Source: the human T2T-CHM13v2.0 reference genome, Homo sapiens
Strand: one strand, 5' to 3'
NCBI RefSeq assembly: GCF_009914755.1
Contig: NC_060928.1
DNA: 64,000 nucleotides
The translations under genes and the position numbers were made by a program. Positions 1 through 13,303 of the stretch are shown piece after piece. Below the pieces are notes generated by a model. That model saw only the letters and a program-made list of their open reading frames with translations. It did not search any database and had not been told where the DNA came from. Each line of letters starts with the position of its first letter. Positions within the stretch are counted from its first letter, which is position 1.

Positions 1-89
1 CATTATCCAACAATGTATAAGTCACAGAAGGAAAATAAATTTAGTTTTTCTTTAGTTTTTCATCCTAAGATTGAAAAGATTTTGGCTGA

Positions 90-195
90 CAAAAATCTCA
101 GAAATCACCACTTAAGAAATCATTCATGTAACCAAACACCACTTGTTCCCCAAAACCTATGGAAATAATAATAAAAATAATCATCATAATAAAAA
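90..195 (+). mobile_element. L1PB-type 3' terminal fragment with degenerate A-rich tail
   Basis: CAAAAATCTCAGAAATCACCACTTAAGAAATCATTCATGTAACCAAACACCACTTGTTCCCCAAAACCTATGGAAATAATAA matches the L1PB 3' end as I recall it. Confidence 0.8.
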
Positions 196-750
196 GTGTT
201 GGGGCCTGGTGGATGATTGTATCAGGAGGGCAGACTTCTCATGAATGGTTTTGCACAATCCCTCTTGGTACTCCCCTAGTGCGAGTGAGTTCTCCTGAGA
301 ACTGATCATTTAGAAGTGTAGGCTGGGCACAGTAGCTCACTCTTGTAATCTCAGCATTGTGGGAGGCTGAGGGGGCGGGATCACTTGAGCCCAGGAGTTC
401 GATACCAGCCCTGGCAACATGGCAAAACCCCGTTTCTATGAAAAATAAAAAAATAAAAAAATAAAGCTAGGCACTGTGGCGTGAGCCTGTGGTTTCAGCT
501 ATTCTGGAGGCTGAGGTGGGAGGATTGCTTAAGTCCCAGAGGTCAAAACTCCAGTGAGCCAAGATTGTGCCACTGCACTCCAGCCTGGATGACAGAGTGA
601 GACCTTGTCTCAAAAAAAAAAAAAAAAAAAGAAAGAAAGAAAAAGTGTAGAGAACCTCCCCGCTTGCTCTCTTGCTCCTCCTTTCACCATGTGACAAGTC
701 TGCTCCCACTTTGCCTTCCACCATGCGTAAAAGCTCCCTGAAGCCTCCCA
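196..750 (+). mobile_element. MSTB-like MaLR LTR fragment, truncated at both ends and split by an AluJ
   Basis: CTCATGAATGGTTT...GTGAGTTCTC...GATCATTTAGAAGTGTA resumes after the Alu as ...TTGCTCCTCCTTTCACCATGTGA...TTTGCCTTCCACCATG...CCTGAAGCCTCCCA. Confidence 0.75.
321..642 (+). mobile_element. AluJ
   Basis: Dimeric Alu with J diagnostics (GATCACTTGAGCCCAGGAG, GGAGGATTGCTT, GACCTTGTCTC), poly-A tail, TSD AAGTGTA at 314-320 and 643-649. Confidence 0.95.
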
Positions 751-1251
751 AAGAAAGAAAAAGAAAAAAGAGGTGGCTGAAAATGGAAAACTAAGAATTT
801 TGGAAAAGGATGATAATAAAATACTTTGCACTTTTTGTAAGTACTTCTTTTTTCATTATTTTAAAACTATTTAAAAATCTTTATGCTTGATAATATGAGC
901 ACTTTAAGAAGTACTATGTGGAAGATAGCATAGTAGTTGATAAATTTGATTCTCTCCTTGTGGGAGGCTTGATGAGCTATGTTGCTACCATTTGTCATTA
1001 CTTCCAAAGACCTCATGTGTCAGAGGATAATGACAACAAGGTCAATAACACCCTGTAAGTTACACACAGAAAGTGGCCACAGTAGCATACTGATATCTAC
1101 AATTGTTTAAGAGAAACAAAGGTAAGATGTGAAATTGCCTTCTTTTGTAACTAGTGAAACCGTTTCTTTACAAAAGGTGAGAATCTACTCAATGTCTTTA
1201 CCTGTTTAGATATTGCCTTCATTCCTTTCTTCTTCTGGCAATTCATTTTGA

Positions 1252-1574
<323 letters not shown>

Positions 1575-4283
1575 TGCCCATGAACTTTTAAATATGGAAG
1601 TTCCGATAGCAAAAATCACTTTCTTCTTTAAATTCAAAACTAATGGTTGGATTTGCAATGTACCCATCAGTCAAAAATGTATCATATATTCAAAGTAATT
1701 TGTATAATCTCAGTGCTATATTACAAAGCTTTTATCAATGATAATTTAATAAATATTAAAGAATCAGGCCTGCAAGGAACTAAAGATGTAGGGAATAGAT
1801 AGATGAAAGGTGATCGATGGACAGATTTCTGAAAACATTGTCCCAATAATGCCCTAAGAACATAATTCATGATTTCTGAATCTTTCTTTATGGTTAATAT
1901 TATTTTCAGATTCCGTCTGATTCAAAGATCATTTTCAGATGAGCTATCCAAATAATCTAATGTTGGCTGAATGCCAACAATGCACCAAGGAATATTTTGC
2001 ACTAATTTTATAAAAACAACGTATTGCAGGAACTATTAATAACCCAAATATATATGGAGGGAAAGTGGGGAGTGAAAGTGACTTATCCAAAGTTAGCTAG
2101 GAAATGGAGAAGTGAAAATGCAAAGATGTTTTGATTTTATGACCAGGGCTTTACAACATATCTTTTTTTTTAATTTTTTGAATGCCTAAATCAGTGTTAA
2201 ATAAAACAATATATGTTAAATAAAAGTCCCCTAAACAGAACCACAGGGCACCTTTAAAAATGATAAAGTTTTTACAAATGCCATCTTTTTTTAGTTCTTA
2301 TAGACTATTAAACTGTACTGTCTTTAGAGTTAGGAGTCAGTGATGACGATGCTGTCATTTTCTTTTCGTATCGTAATGTGAGTGACAATTCTTTATGTTC
2401 TATTTTGAGGTTTCTCTTTTCTTTCCTTCCTTTTTTTAGTATCCTTCCTGGAATAAATTGAAAAATCCTTTAAAAAGATGATAACTCTAAGCAACAAAAA
2501 TCAGAAAGAGCATATCTGCAATGTAGCAGTGTACTGAATTTAAATGAAACAAATTAAACTACCTCTATCTTTTAAGCTATTGGAATGTATTCAGTAAAGA
2601 AGAAAATGTAATTCATTAAATTATTATAAGATTGCGGTATTTGCCTCACATGAAGACATGTCCATCAATAAAAAAAAGAAAGAGAGAAAGAAAGAAAAAC
2701 TAGCTCTATGTTAATAAGGCCATGAGGTGGTACTGTCAAGTAATTGTTCATGTTGTGTCTATAAATAAAGTGTGAGGAAAGAATTAGTCCCTGACGCTAG
2801 CGTTGTAGTTGGATGGCCCTGTGGCTACTGTGATAAGTGGGTTAGGTTCCTACTGTTCTCAATCTATATTTCAGATGCTGGGATCACCCGTATTCCAAGA
2901 AGGCAACAACCCTGTGTTGTACAATTCTCCTTGTCTATTATTTTGTTCATGACTTCTATAAACCAATAAGAAAAAAGGCAGATGCTTTTGCCCTTGTCTC
3001 ATTGATTACCATAACAAGTTTCCAAGGGATTCAGCAATAATATGTAACTGCTTTAAGGAGATATCTCTGGATTGGGGACGTAGGTTGAAAAGGCCAAGAA
3101 AGTAATCATTTTGCAATTTTTGCTGAAATCTTTACCAATGATGTTAATCAATGAAGGAAATTATTTACAATCCAAATTATTTTCTAAGAGGTGGAAATAA
3201 TTAATTAACAAAAATATATTGAGTCTCTACTTGAAGTTTAACACTGATGTAGGGATCACACTTTTTCCAGCATTTATATTTGGTCTTAAATCTCAATTTG
3301 TTATATGCTAAGACAAATGGAGTACAAAGTAATCAAATAAAAGCCAGAACAATTTTATTGGGGTTTGGGGAAATCAAGAGTTATCATGTTTTACATAATC
3401 TTATTGAACAATTATTTGGTGGTTTTCAGTTTTTATCCAAAGCAATAGTTCTTAGTCCTATGATTAACGGAGTTCTGAACAATGGTATAAAGAAATAGAA
3501 AAGAGGTAGCACAGTCAATGGGTCAGAAAGAATAATAAACATAAAATAACTAGTTCAAAATATAGTATAGGGCTAGATCTAATTTCAAAAGTTGAGAGCC
3601 TTACATTCAATAGATGAGCATTAAATTCACCTTTTAAAGAAAACTGCCCTTTTAAACTTACAAATCAGTTATTCTTTCATTGTTAAAATGATGGAGACAA
3701 TTTGATTGTTTTAGGCAGTTCTCTGTCCAAAAAGGAGAGAAAAACTTGAAAGTTTGTTTGTTGTTTGGCTAATTTATATATGATATTCTATATCTAGATC
3801 ACATATATCATATTGGGGTGAGAAATCTAATCTCACTCCAAATATTGCAGGAAGATATGCCACTCATTAAAAACTCTGGGGTAATATTTTTATGGCCAGT
3901 GTTCTTTGCTTGACAAAATATATTCATTTAGTAAATAATTACGGAGCATCTTCCGAGCTCCAGGTAATGAAACCCATACAGGAGATTTTTAAAACTGCCC
4001 ATCTTTAAGGAACTCTAAATCCTGTGTATAATGTAAACATTGAAAATACTATGATACAAATACCACTTATGTAATAAAAATCAGTAAAAAGTTTGTGGAA
4101 ACACTGAAGGGAAAGTGATTAACTCTGAAAGAAAAGGGTTGGAAAAAAATCTTTACAAAAACATTTACCTTTCAAGAGGATGTAAATGGAAAAATAGATA
4201 ATTTAAAACTAAAAAGTAGCTGAAATTCCATGAAGAATTTATATTTGAACAGTTTCAAATAAAGTTAGTTCATTGGATATTAA

Positions 4284-4485
<202 letters not shown>

Positions 4486-4649
4486 AACACCAATATCAAC
4501 ACAAAATTGTATCTTAATGAAATCATGAGTAGAGTAAAAGTTGCTTTTTTAAAAATCATTATGTCACATTGGAATTTTACCTATGTCTATTCAATCATTT
4601 TTCTGGAAAAAAGATGAAAGGATGAGACTGTAATACACTTCTTCCCTTA

Positions 4650-4845
4650 GACCAATGTTTCACACTGGTATAGTTATTGGCATTTTGGCAGAAAAAAATG
4701 TGTTTTTAAATACATTTAGTATCTATGGGCCCTGGACATTACATGCAGGTCATATGTTTCAGTTATTTTGACAACTAAATCACCCTCTAACTTTCCCAGA
4801 TATACCAAGTGAACATGGAGATATGCTTAAGACACTTGGTTGAAA
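4650..4845. mobile_element. Degenerate hAT MITE (MER3/MER20-like)
   Basis: Weak similarity (ATTGGCATTTTGG...TGACAACTAAA...GGTTGAAAA); highly diverged. Confidence 0.35.
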
Positions 4846-5786
4846 AAGCTAACCATTCATCCTACCTGGCTTTATAAAAGCATAGGTTGATACAACAACT
4901 CCATTTTATCTGCTCCTGGTGGGAAAGTCTTTGAAATGGCAAATTTCAAAGGCAATCTTTAAAGTTTAATCAGAATACTTTTGGTAAGAATATACTTCTG
5001 GAAGCTTACATATTACTTAGCAGCAGGTGCCTAAAAGGCAAAAGATGAGAAAAAGAAGTAACAAAGAAAGAGAGCAGAAGAAAGAAAAGAGAAGGAAGCA
5101 ATCACCTTTTTTTAAGGAAATAAGATTAATCCTATCATAACTTACATCCTAATCCATCTCAGTGAAGGCCATAGATTATAAGTAGACTTCAGAAATAACC
5201 CTCTTTACACATATTTTTATTCCCACATGATTTTATATCTACCCTAATCTCCTCCCTGTTCCATCTCCCTGACATCCTAATATAAATTTAACCCATGACA
5301 TTATCACGTTTTCACTGTTTGTAGTTTCAGGAGGAATAAGTTATGTCTCTTTCATTTTCCGTCTCTGTCTCCTTGCACATACCTTCAGCTCCCTTCATTA
5401 TAATAGTCTGACATAAGCAAAACCCCAGTTATGTCTGGCAAGAGAATATGGCTGGAGAAAAAATAAATACAAACTTTTTCAGCATAAACCACAACTGGGA
5501 CTCCATCATTGCTTGAAAACCCTATTCAACTATCCTCTAAAAGAAGCATTTCTTTCCTTTTCTCTCTTCTTCCTATTTACTGTAGAAAAATAGAAATGAT
5601 TACAGTAGAGCTACTTCATCATGCTAGCACAAAATCTATCAGGTTGCATTAATATCTAGAACTCTTTCCTATGTTTCTCCATAATAATGAAGAAACTCTG
5701 TCTGCTTCAATCTAAGTCCAGTACCTCTGTTTGTATGCTTGTATCCTGGATGTCATTGCTTCTCATTCAATGGATTGTGTCTTCAA

Positions 5787-5984
5787 TTTTTTTCCTTCCT
5801 TCCTTCCTTCCTTCCTTCCTTCCTTCTTTCTTTCTTTCTCTTTCTTTCTTTCTTTCTTTCTCTCTTTCTTTCTTTCTTTTTCTTTCCTTCTTTCCTTTCT
5901 TTCTTCCTTTCTTCCTTCCCTCCTTCCCTCCTACCTTTCTTTCCCCTTTCTTTCTGCTTTCTTTTTCTTTTTCTTTCCCTTTCT
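5787..5984. repeat. Polypyrimidine (TTCC)8/(TTTC)n compound microsatellite, an expanded Alu tail
   Basis: About 200 bp of almost pure C/T directly abutting the 3' end of the minus-strand Alu. Confidence 0.95.
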
Positions 5985-6253
5985 TGCTCAATCACCCAGG
6001 CTGGAGTTCAGTGGCACAATCACACCTCACTGCAGCCTGAACATCCTGGATGCAAGTGATCCTCCTACCTCAGCCTTCTGAGTAGCTGAAACCTCAAGTA
6101 TGAACCACCATACCTGGCTGTTTTGTTTGTTTGTTGTTTTGTAGAGATGAGGCCTTGCCATGTTGCCCAGGCTGGTCTTGGCTCCTAGACTCAAGGGATC
6201 CTCCCACCTCAGCCTCCCAAAGTGCTGGGATTACAGAGCCACCATGCCTGGCC
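5981..6253 (-). mobile_element. AluJ
   Basis: CACTGCAGCCT, GATCCTCC(T/C)ACCTCAGCC, CCATGTTGCCCAGGCTGG; ends CCATGCCTGGCC. Confidence 0.93.
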
Positions 6254-6472
6254 TTTTACTTTTGGCCCTCTATTTTCTTCATCATTAAGCTCCCCCTTTT
6301 GTTGGATTATACCCACCAGCATGTACATATGCCTTGATATCTTTAATTTTTATAAAATGCCTTTTCTTTACCCTTTGCCTACCAATTTTTAAAAATATAT
6401 GCCCCATTATTACTTTTCCTGCAGTCACAATATATGTCTTTAATATAACAGTGCACCTTCACAGAATTATAC

Positions 6473-6985
6473 TCAGAGGATGAGAAGGAAGATAAAATAG
6501 GACAGGATAAATAAGGTAAAAGAAAGATGTCAATAGCTGAGAACTTTCAAAATTTCTACAAAAATGATTACTAATATAGCCAGGAAACTCATAAAATCTG
6601 AAGGAGGGGAAAGCTATAACAAATATCTTATTTAGATACCTTGTCATCACACTTATAAAACCAAAGTTAAAAAGAAAGTGTTAAAAGCAACCAGAGAGAA
6701 AGCAGACATGTTATGTGATATATTGGTGACAATAATATGGTGTAATGGCTGACTTCTTATTCAAAATAATGGAGGCTGAATAACAATGGAATAATACCTG
6801 TAAAGCGCTAAAATTTTTTAAAAAGGAAAAAAAAATCTGTCAAACCTAAAATTCTATATCCAAATAAAATAAAATATCATTGAAAATGAAAGTTAAACAA
6901 ATATATTTTCAGGCACATAAAGGCTGAGAGAATTCAATTATAACAGACCTGCACAATAAATGCTAAAAGACTCCTAATTCTGAAA
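6473..6985 (+). mobile_element. Old L1M ORF1 3'-half fragment
   Basis: AATAGCTGAGAACTTTCAAAATTT...TTAAAAGCAACCAGAGAGAAA...GCTGACTTCTTA...AATTCTATATCCA...CAGACCTGCAC typical of L1 ORF1 C-terminal coding DNA. Confidence 0.75.
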
Positions 6986-6987
6986 AA

Positions 6988-8100
6988 TCTGGATCTAATT
7001 ACATATGTGGTAGGCAATTTAATAACGTCCTACAAATCTCACATATTCATACCATTTTTTTTGCTTTCTTCTTTATGCTTCAGATTGAATACTATCTGTG
7101 CCTTCAAGTTCACTGATTTTCTCCTCTATGTGGTTTACTCATATTTATTTAATGTATTCTTTATCTGTACGTCTATATACCATCTATATATCTATAGATC
7201 AATATAACTGCATATGTATATATCTATATCTACATCTTTACGTATCTTATCCTAAAATTTTTATTTTAATAGATTCTATGTCTTTGCTAAAATTGTCCAT
7301 TTCTTCACAACTTTTGTCAATATTTTTTGTAAAACCCACATGGTTATTTTTAAGTTTCTATCTAATAATTTCAACATCTTGATTACCTGTGCATCTGTCT
7401 TTATTAACTCTTTCTTCTTTTGAATATATATTCCATTTGCTTGCTTGTTTAAGTGTTCTATTCTTTTTGATATAAAATCTTTCTTTGCTATTTAGTCTTG
7501 CTACCCAGTTTTGAGGTTGCTACACAGTCTTTGTTTTCTAATCCTCCCTAGTGCTTTCTATACTTCAGAGAATTATTTATATGCATCTGCGCTTCCCTCA
7601 GCAGTCACAGGATAGTCATTTTATTTTCTGCAACCCAAGAGAGTATCTTTCTTATTTCTCATGTACAACCCTTAGCCTTCCGCAGGTACACATCAGCAAT
7701 CTTTCAGATAGATTTCTTTCAACCTTCCTGCCTACCACTTTCCTAACTTGTGGTTGCTGGGATCCCAAGGTGCCTTGTGTGGATTTTTCTCATCTTTCCT
7801 TCCCTGCCCCTAGTTATTGGCATACTGCATTCAAGCACTTAATGAAGACCCATGGGAAAGAATTGGAGTAGGTGAAACTTGTCATGTGGCTGGGGCTTCT
7901 GGAATTCTAATCTGTCATACCAGACATGAAAGGTTTTTAACACATAGTTTGGTATTTCTTACACCAGTCTTTAGCAAATTCTTTATTTTTTCTCCCGTCT
8001 GCCACTGTTTCAGAGATAAGAACAGCTAAGTCTCTTTTCTCATATAAACGCCATGTGTTTGTCTGAAATTCAGTTCAGTTAGGTTTCCTTGAATCTTCAA
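6988..8100 (-). mobile_element. Old L1M 5' region / ORF1 5'-half fragment
   Basis: Reverse complement contains GAAAATCAGTGAACTTGAAG...ATTCAATCTGAAG...ACATATGTAATTAGATCCAGA (ORF1 coiled-coil region); right boundary approximate. Confidence 0.6.
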
Positions 8101-10749
8101 CTTTCTGATTGATTTTAAAACATATTGTTTTATAGCTTATGTGGTTTTTCTTTATTGTTTTTAGGTTGAGAACTATGGTGTTTAACAACTTTTTAAGTCT
8201 TAAATAAGGAGTAGATTTATTGTTATTTGCTGTTATTTTGGATTCAGTCTCCACAAATTTGTGCTTTGTAGATTTTATCCGAAATTCTATTATCAAACAG
8301 AAGTTGGAGATTTTTTTTCAGCCTTCTGTATCCAAAGACAAAGTATAAGAATTTTAGGCCAAAATATCTGTACTGAAGACAGTTCAAGGTGGATTAATCA
8401 CTAAAACATTTTGAATTGCAGTACTTTTTTCATTGAAAGAGAATACTAATTAGTACTATTTAATAAGACCAGCTTCGGCAAACAAACTGTCCTATGAATC
8501 ATAGAGTAGAAGTGAAAATGAAGTAGAGTTCATGAAAGCTCTTTATAAATTGTAAGTTAGTATGCACCTGTTGTTTTTTATAACCATTAATAAATGGTAA
8601 CATTTCGAACCAGTAATTTTTCTAAGATTGCATTCAAGATCATTCCAATTTGTAGCAAAATCATGCACTCACAACTGCCATCAGCTCTGGTGAATATCAC
8701 TGACACCTTCTTAAATTCTTCATCCTTTGTGGCAGGTTATGATTTTTTTTTTTGAGAAACATATACACTGTGAAGGCAAGTCACCTAGTATTTCACATAC
8801 CTAAGAGAATAGCTCTATTAAACACATATTACTAATTCATTAATTATTCAGACTATCATTCCTACTGCATGACTAACATATATAATAAATATTTAACATA
8901 AATCCAGGGAAACTCCTTCAAAGTGTATAAATAAACCAAATATTATTTAAAATATAAACATCTGTTAGAAATAGAATGGACATGGAATGAGCATGTATGA
9001 TGAATCTAAGAAATAAATTGCATGTTAATACTTTTTTAAAAATCTGATCGATTCTGCAGAATAATCTTTTATACTTTTTAAAATTCTCTTTAATAATTAC
9101 TTATAGTCTTAGCTCATTTATTCTCTCTTGAAACTTGGAGTATTTCACTTTTGTGTGGTAGCAACATTATTTCTGGATGGGGCTGGGTGAATTTTAGATT
9201 ATTTTAGATTTTCTAATGAGTTCTAATAATAATCTTACTGATGCCATCGCTTTTCAACTAGCTAAGTAAATGTTAACCGGGTTAATAGGGATAACTGAAA
9301 TCCATACATATGTGCACAATTTCTCCAATTTCTTTTTCTTGCTTGTTGCAAATGATAGCTTCTAGCATAGGGTAAATGATTGAGCAAAATAATGCCTCCT
9401 TTCTTTTCCTGACTCTGGCTTTGAGTAAAGGTGCTAATGAGAACTGTGGGGGAGTGAGCCCCTAAAATAGAGTCAGGAAAGAGGAGCCAACCAGGATGGC
9501 ACTTGGGAAAAGTTATGAGCAAAGACATGTTTAAATTGGAATTGTATTAGAAAATTCTAAAAATGTTTGTGAGGATACAAATTGTATAAGACACAAAGTA
9601 TTTCTGAGAAAGAAATATAGAGAAAAGTCAAAAAGGGAGGTTGTGAACTGCATGTTATCTATTTCAACATGCATTTAGTCAGAATTCACCTGCACCAAAC
9701 ACTGAATATTAATATAAAATCAGAATGATAATATTGGGCTTCAGATCTGGCCTGCTCTACTAATAAGTTACAATGATAAGTATTATGATGGGTAGGAGAA
9801 ACCAGTGCATTCTTATCCTATAAAACTAAACAATAATCAAAGTAAACAAGGTGTTAATAAATGTTTTATCACCAGGATATTCCATATCAAATGTGAAAAA
9901 ATCAGTAATGACTGTGAAGTAATTTCCCAGAAAGAAAAAATAATTAAACACTAAGAAAGCTAGAGAAGGAAATATTTACCATTCTCTTTTCTTATACTAT
10001 GATTAAAATATATTATGAAAAGTAGAAAGCAAATATATTTCATCCAAAATATAAAAATTATAGCTAAAAATAATAAAATGTAATGTATCTATCAAAGCCA
10101 TGTGATAATTAAAAAACAATATAAATGCTTGGAAATTGGACACTCAGTAATGCTATTTGAGGTATTATGCATGGTGCAAACAGCCAACTTTTTAAAAATG
10201 TTATGTTAATCTAGTGTATTATGTGTCTGAAACCGATTGCAAACTAGCCTTTGACAGACATACAATCTAGAAGGAAACAAACATCTCAAAACAGTATCTT
10301 TTTATTTTTATATTTTGCATCGCAAAAGAAAATGACAAGTATGATTCCAGAATAAGCAAAGGGAAACATTTCAAGGCAAAGCAGCCAGTTACAATACCAC
10401 AGGTTAGTTTTCTTTCCTTACCTATTTGGCCATAAACTCTATTAGGCATACTAGCCCAATTCATATGCAACCCAAAAACTGTCTGAGATCTGAGTGTACT
10501 GTATGGCTTTTTTTGTTTTTTGTTTTGTTTTGTTTTCTGATAGGGATGGCACTCCCTGTCCTTTTTTTTCTTTCTAAAATTGTAAGCTTCACAGTTAATT
10601 TAAAAATATTGGTGCCATTGCTAGCTGCTATTTCAGTTTCTGAGCATCCAGATGAGCAAAGAGAGTAGGTTTCTTCCATGTCACCAGTTTTATTCCATAA
10701 AAAGAAAAATGGGGTTCTTAAATATTCACATCTTTTCAAATATCATGAG

Positions 10750-12720
10750 TTTCATCCTATTTCCAATTCTCATTTATTCAAGCCCAACTCCTACAAACAT
10801 CCCCTAAGCATGTACTATTTTTGATTTCCCTGTTCTGAATTATCTCACAAATCACAAATGTTTTTTATACAGTTCTCTTTTGATCACATTTCTTTCCTCA
10901 GCATCTCCATCGCCTTCCTCTAAGTCTTCTTTCACTTTAGCCTTTGAGTCCATTTCCAAGCTGCATAAGAACAGTATTTCTGGGCTTAACTTTTGTCACT
11001 TTCTCACATGACCAAGATGTTCTATAAATCATCTTGTAGTCCTGTGTTTCCTTTCTACATAGTGTTATCTGGTGCCTTCTCACCTTTAGAAATATTGTTC
11101 TCTTGGTCTCTATTTATTCACATCCTATCCACTCTTTCAAGCTTAGCTGAGTACAACTCTCTGCAAGCTATCTCCAACATTATAACATAGGAAATTCGAC
11201 ATATATGAAACTTAATTTATTACTGTTTAATACCTGGATTTAAATGCTCCTTTTTCACCATGATTTCTGTACCTTGTTTAATGGTGCCATTAGAAACAAG
11301 CCTCCCAGGAAAAAAATCTGAAAAAAAAAAAAATTCTAGTCTTCTTTCTCTTCTATAAATCAATTCTGAGCCATGATTTCTCTCCTTTTTTTTTTTCTGA
11401 ATATCATTTGAATATGTGTCTTCCTGTGCTTACCTACAAATTCTGTCTGAGGTCAGATGTTTATCAATTTTCACTGAGTTTACAAAAAGAAAAGACTCTC
11501 CACTGCCCACCAATTCCATCCACTCAATGGCCACCAGAATTAACATCAATATCTGGGTGTCTTACAAGCAAACTATACTCAGCGTGTTTCAAAATAAATT
11601 CACAATCCATCACTCCTTTAAAGTTTTTCTCCTTCTCTATTCTCTCCCCCTTTTAATGATAGCCTAATGAATCTAGTTATGCAAACCAGTGACCTGGGGC
11701 CAGCTACTTAATGGCTTGTGAGAGCCAATTGTGTGTATCTCTTTCCAACATTGTACTCAATGACATCATGTTGGCAGCTTGAATTTGGCTTTCACGGGAA
11801 TATTTATACCACTAGAAATTGGCAAATGCTGTCATTTGGCACTTTGATTTTTGTTCTTGTTTTCAGGAAGTCAGTTTACCAGCATGTCACTGCCTGGGAA
11901 CATCCTCCATGACAGTCATTCTTCTTTTCCAATTTTTTTTTTTTTTTGCAAATATGCCAGGTTTTTAAAGATTTTAACTTATCTCATGTCTGTTTAACAC
12001 TTTTATTCAGATACATCCATTTATCCTCAAGGATCTTCACTGAAATAATTTCCTCATAATTTATTTTCTTTCTTCCTTGGAATAGTTCTGCAGCACTGCT
12101 ATGAAAATGATCTTTCTGTAATGAAAATCTGATCCTATAATTTTACATATCATAGAATTATATAGGCTTATACTATATTATGTTATATATTATATTTATT
12201 ATAACATTAGCTATGAAATAATATAACTCCAAAATACTGGAGAACAGAGCACGAATTCCTAGACACACTGTGGAAGGCTTCCATTTGTGGTCTGTGTGGT
12301 CTTTACCTATCAGTCCAAACTTCTCTTCTCCTGCTTGGTGTTAGATATCCAAATGACATACCCGTGAATTATTTTCAGCTCCCTTAGGTTCAACCAGTTC
12401 ATTTCTTATTGTTCGCAATGCTCTTCATTATCATTTCAATATTCATTTTCCAAGCTCAGAATCCCTTACTTATCCAAAATCTAACTGTAAAATTTCATCT
12501 GCCAAACCATTCCAGATATTTTCAGATATTCTCATTCCCTTGTTGTCTTATAAATAAAAATTATGTTACTACTAATGTAATGCCTTTGTCACTTTAAAGT
12601 ACATATGGTGATTCCTATTTTTATTCATTTTTGTATTCTTGGAAACAGTCCTAACCATGGTGACTGATTGACCCATAGTAGTTGCTTAATTACATAAAAA
12701 AATAAAAAGAAGGAATAATC
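10750..12720 (+). mobile_element. L2 fragments
   Basis: L2-like motifs (TGGGTGTCTTACAAGCAAAC..., AAAATCTGATCCT..., 3' end TAGTAGTTGCTTAAT...); boundaries approximate. Confidence 0.55.
11687..11892 (+). mobile_element. MER63A (hAT-Blackjack MITE) inserted in L2
   Basis: CAGTG...GAGAGCCAATTGTG...GACATCATGTTGGCAGCTTGAA...GAAATTGGCAAATGCT...GTTTACCAGCATGTCACTG with CAGTG/CACTG termini. Confidence 0.8.
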
Positions 12721-13034
12721 TGTGGATTACATTTAAAAATCTGTCATAAATGACAAAGATCTCTTATACTCCTGCTTCACTTCAATTCAAGTCAAGGAGT
12801 CCCTTTTGAGTGCCTGTTACTACCAAGAACTGTGCATCTTGATTTTAGGTCCATCACAATGTGTCTGCTCGTATTGCTGTTATATGATTAGAAAATAGAA
12901 TGTTTGTCACGTGTGTGGCATGTAACATTTTTCTAAGAATTACGGCAACACATTTGACCTATAAACCATATCTGTTCAATTTTGAAAATATTCTTAAGGT
13001 TTGATAGGGCAAATATTGTGCCATACAGTTTAGG

Positions 13035-13303
13035 AATAATAGCTAACATATTTGTACTATGTATTTATCTATCATCTATATGATTAAAGAGAATTCTCAC
13101 TGCTATTGGCATCTTTGTGTATTCATTTAATCTTCATAATAGGCCTATGAATTTTGCTTACTATCATTATCATCCCTTTTCTATAAATAAATTAGCTAGA
13201 CAGAAATTAAGAAAAGATTTCCAATATTACATGGGAAATAAATGAAGAAAACAGAATGTTAACCTAGGCACTCTGTGGAGTCTCTGCCTTTAACTACTGT
13301 ATA
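13035..13303 (-). mobile_element. MIR
   Basis: AATAATAGCTAACATATTT...TCATTTAATCTTCATAATAGGCCTATGA...ATTATCATCCCCTTTT...CTTTAACTACTGT. Confidence 0.75.

Larger units (their letters stand above)
5300..6440 (+). mobile_element. L2 fragments interrupted by AluJ
   Basis: L2-like pyrimidine-rich body on both sides of the Alu (TTTACTGTAGAAAAATAGAA..., TGGATTATACCCACCAGCAT...); boundaries approximate. Confidence 0.5.

Noticed and set aside
2780-2985. Minus-strand acceptor (CCTTTTTTTCTTATTGGTTTATAG) followed by a short ATG frame MNKIIDKENC...
   Set aside because: The frame closes after ~28 codons, I found no convincing donor, and the peptide is unrecognised.
5687-6081. F/L/S-rich and K/E/R-rich ORFs resembling membrane or charged proteins
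   Set aside because: They are translations of the (TTCC)/(TTTC) tract and the adjacent Alu.
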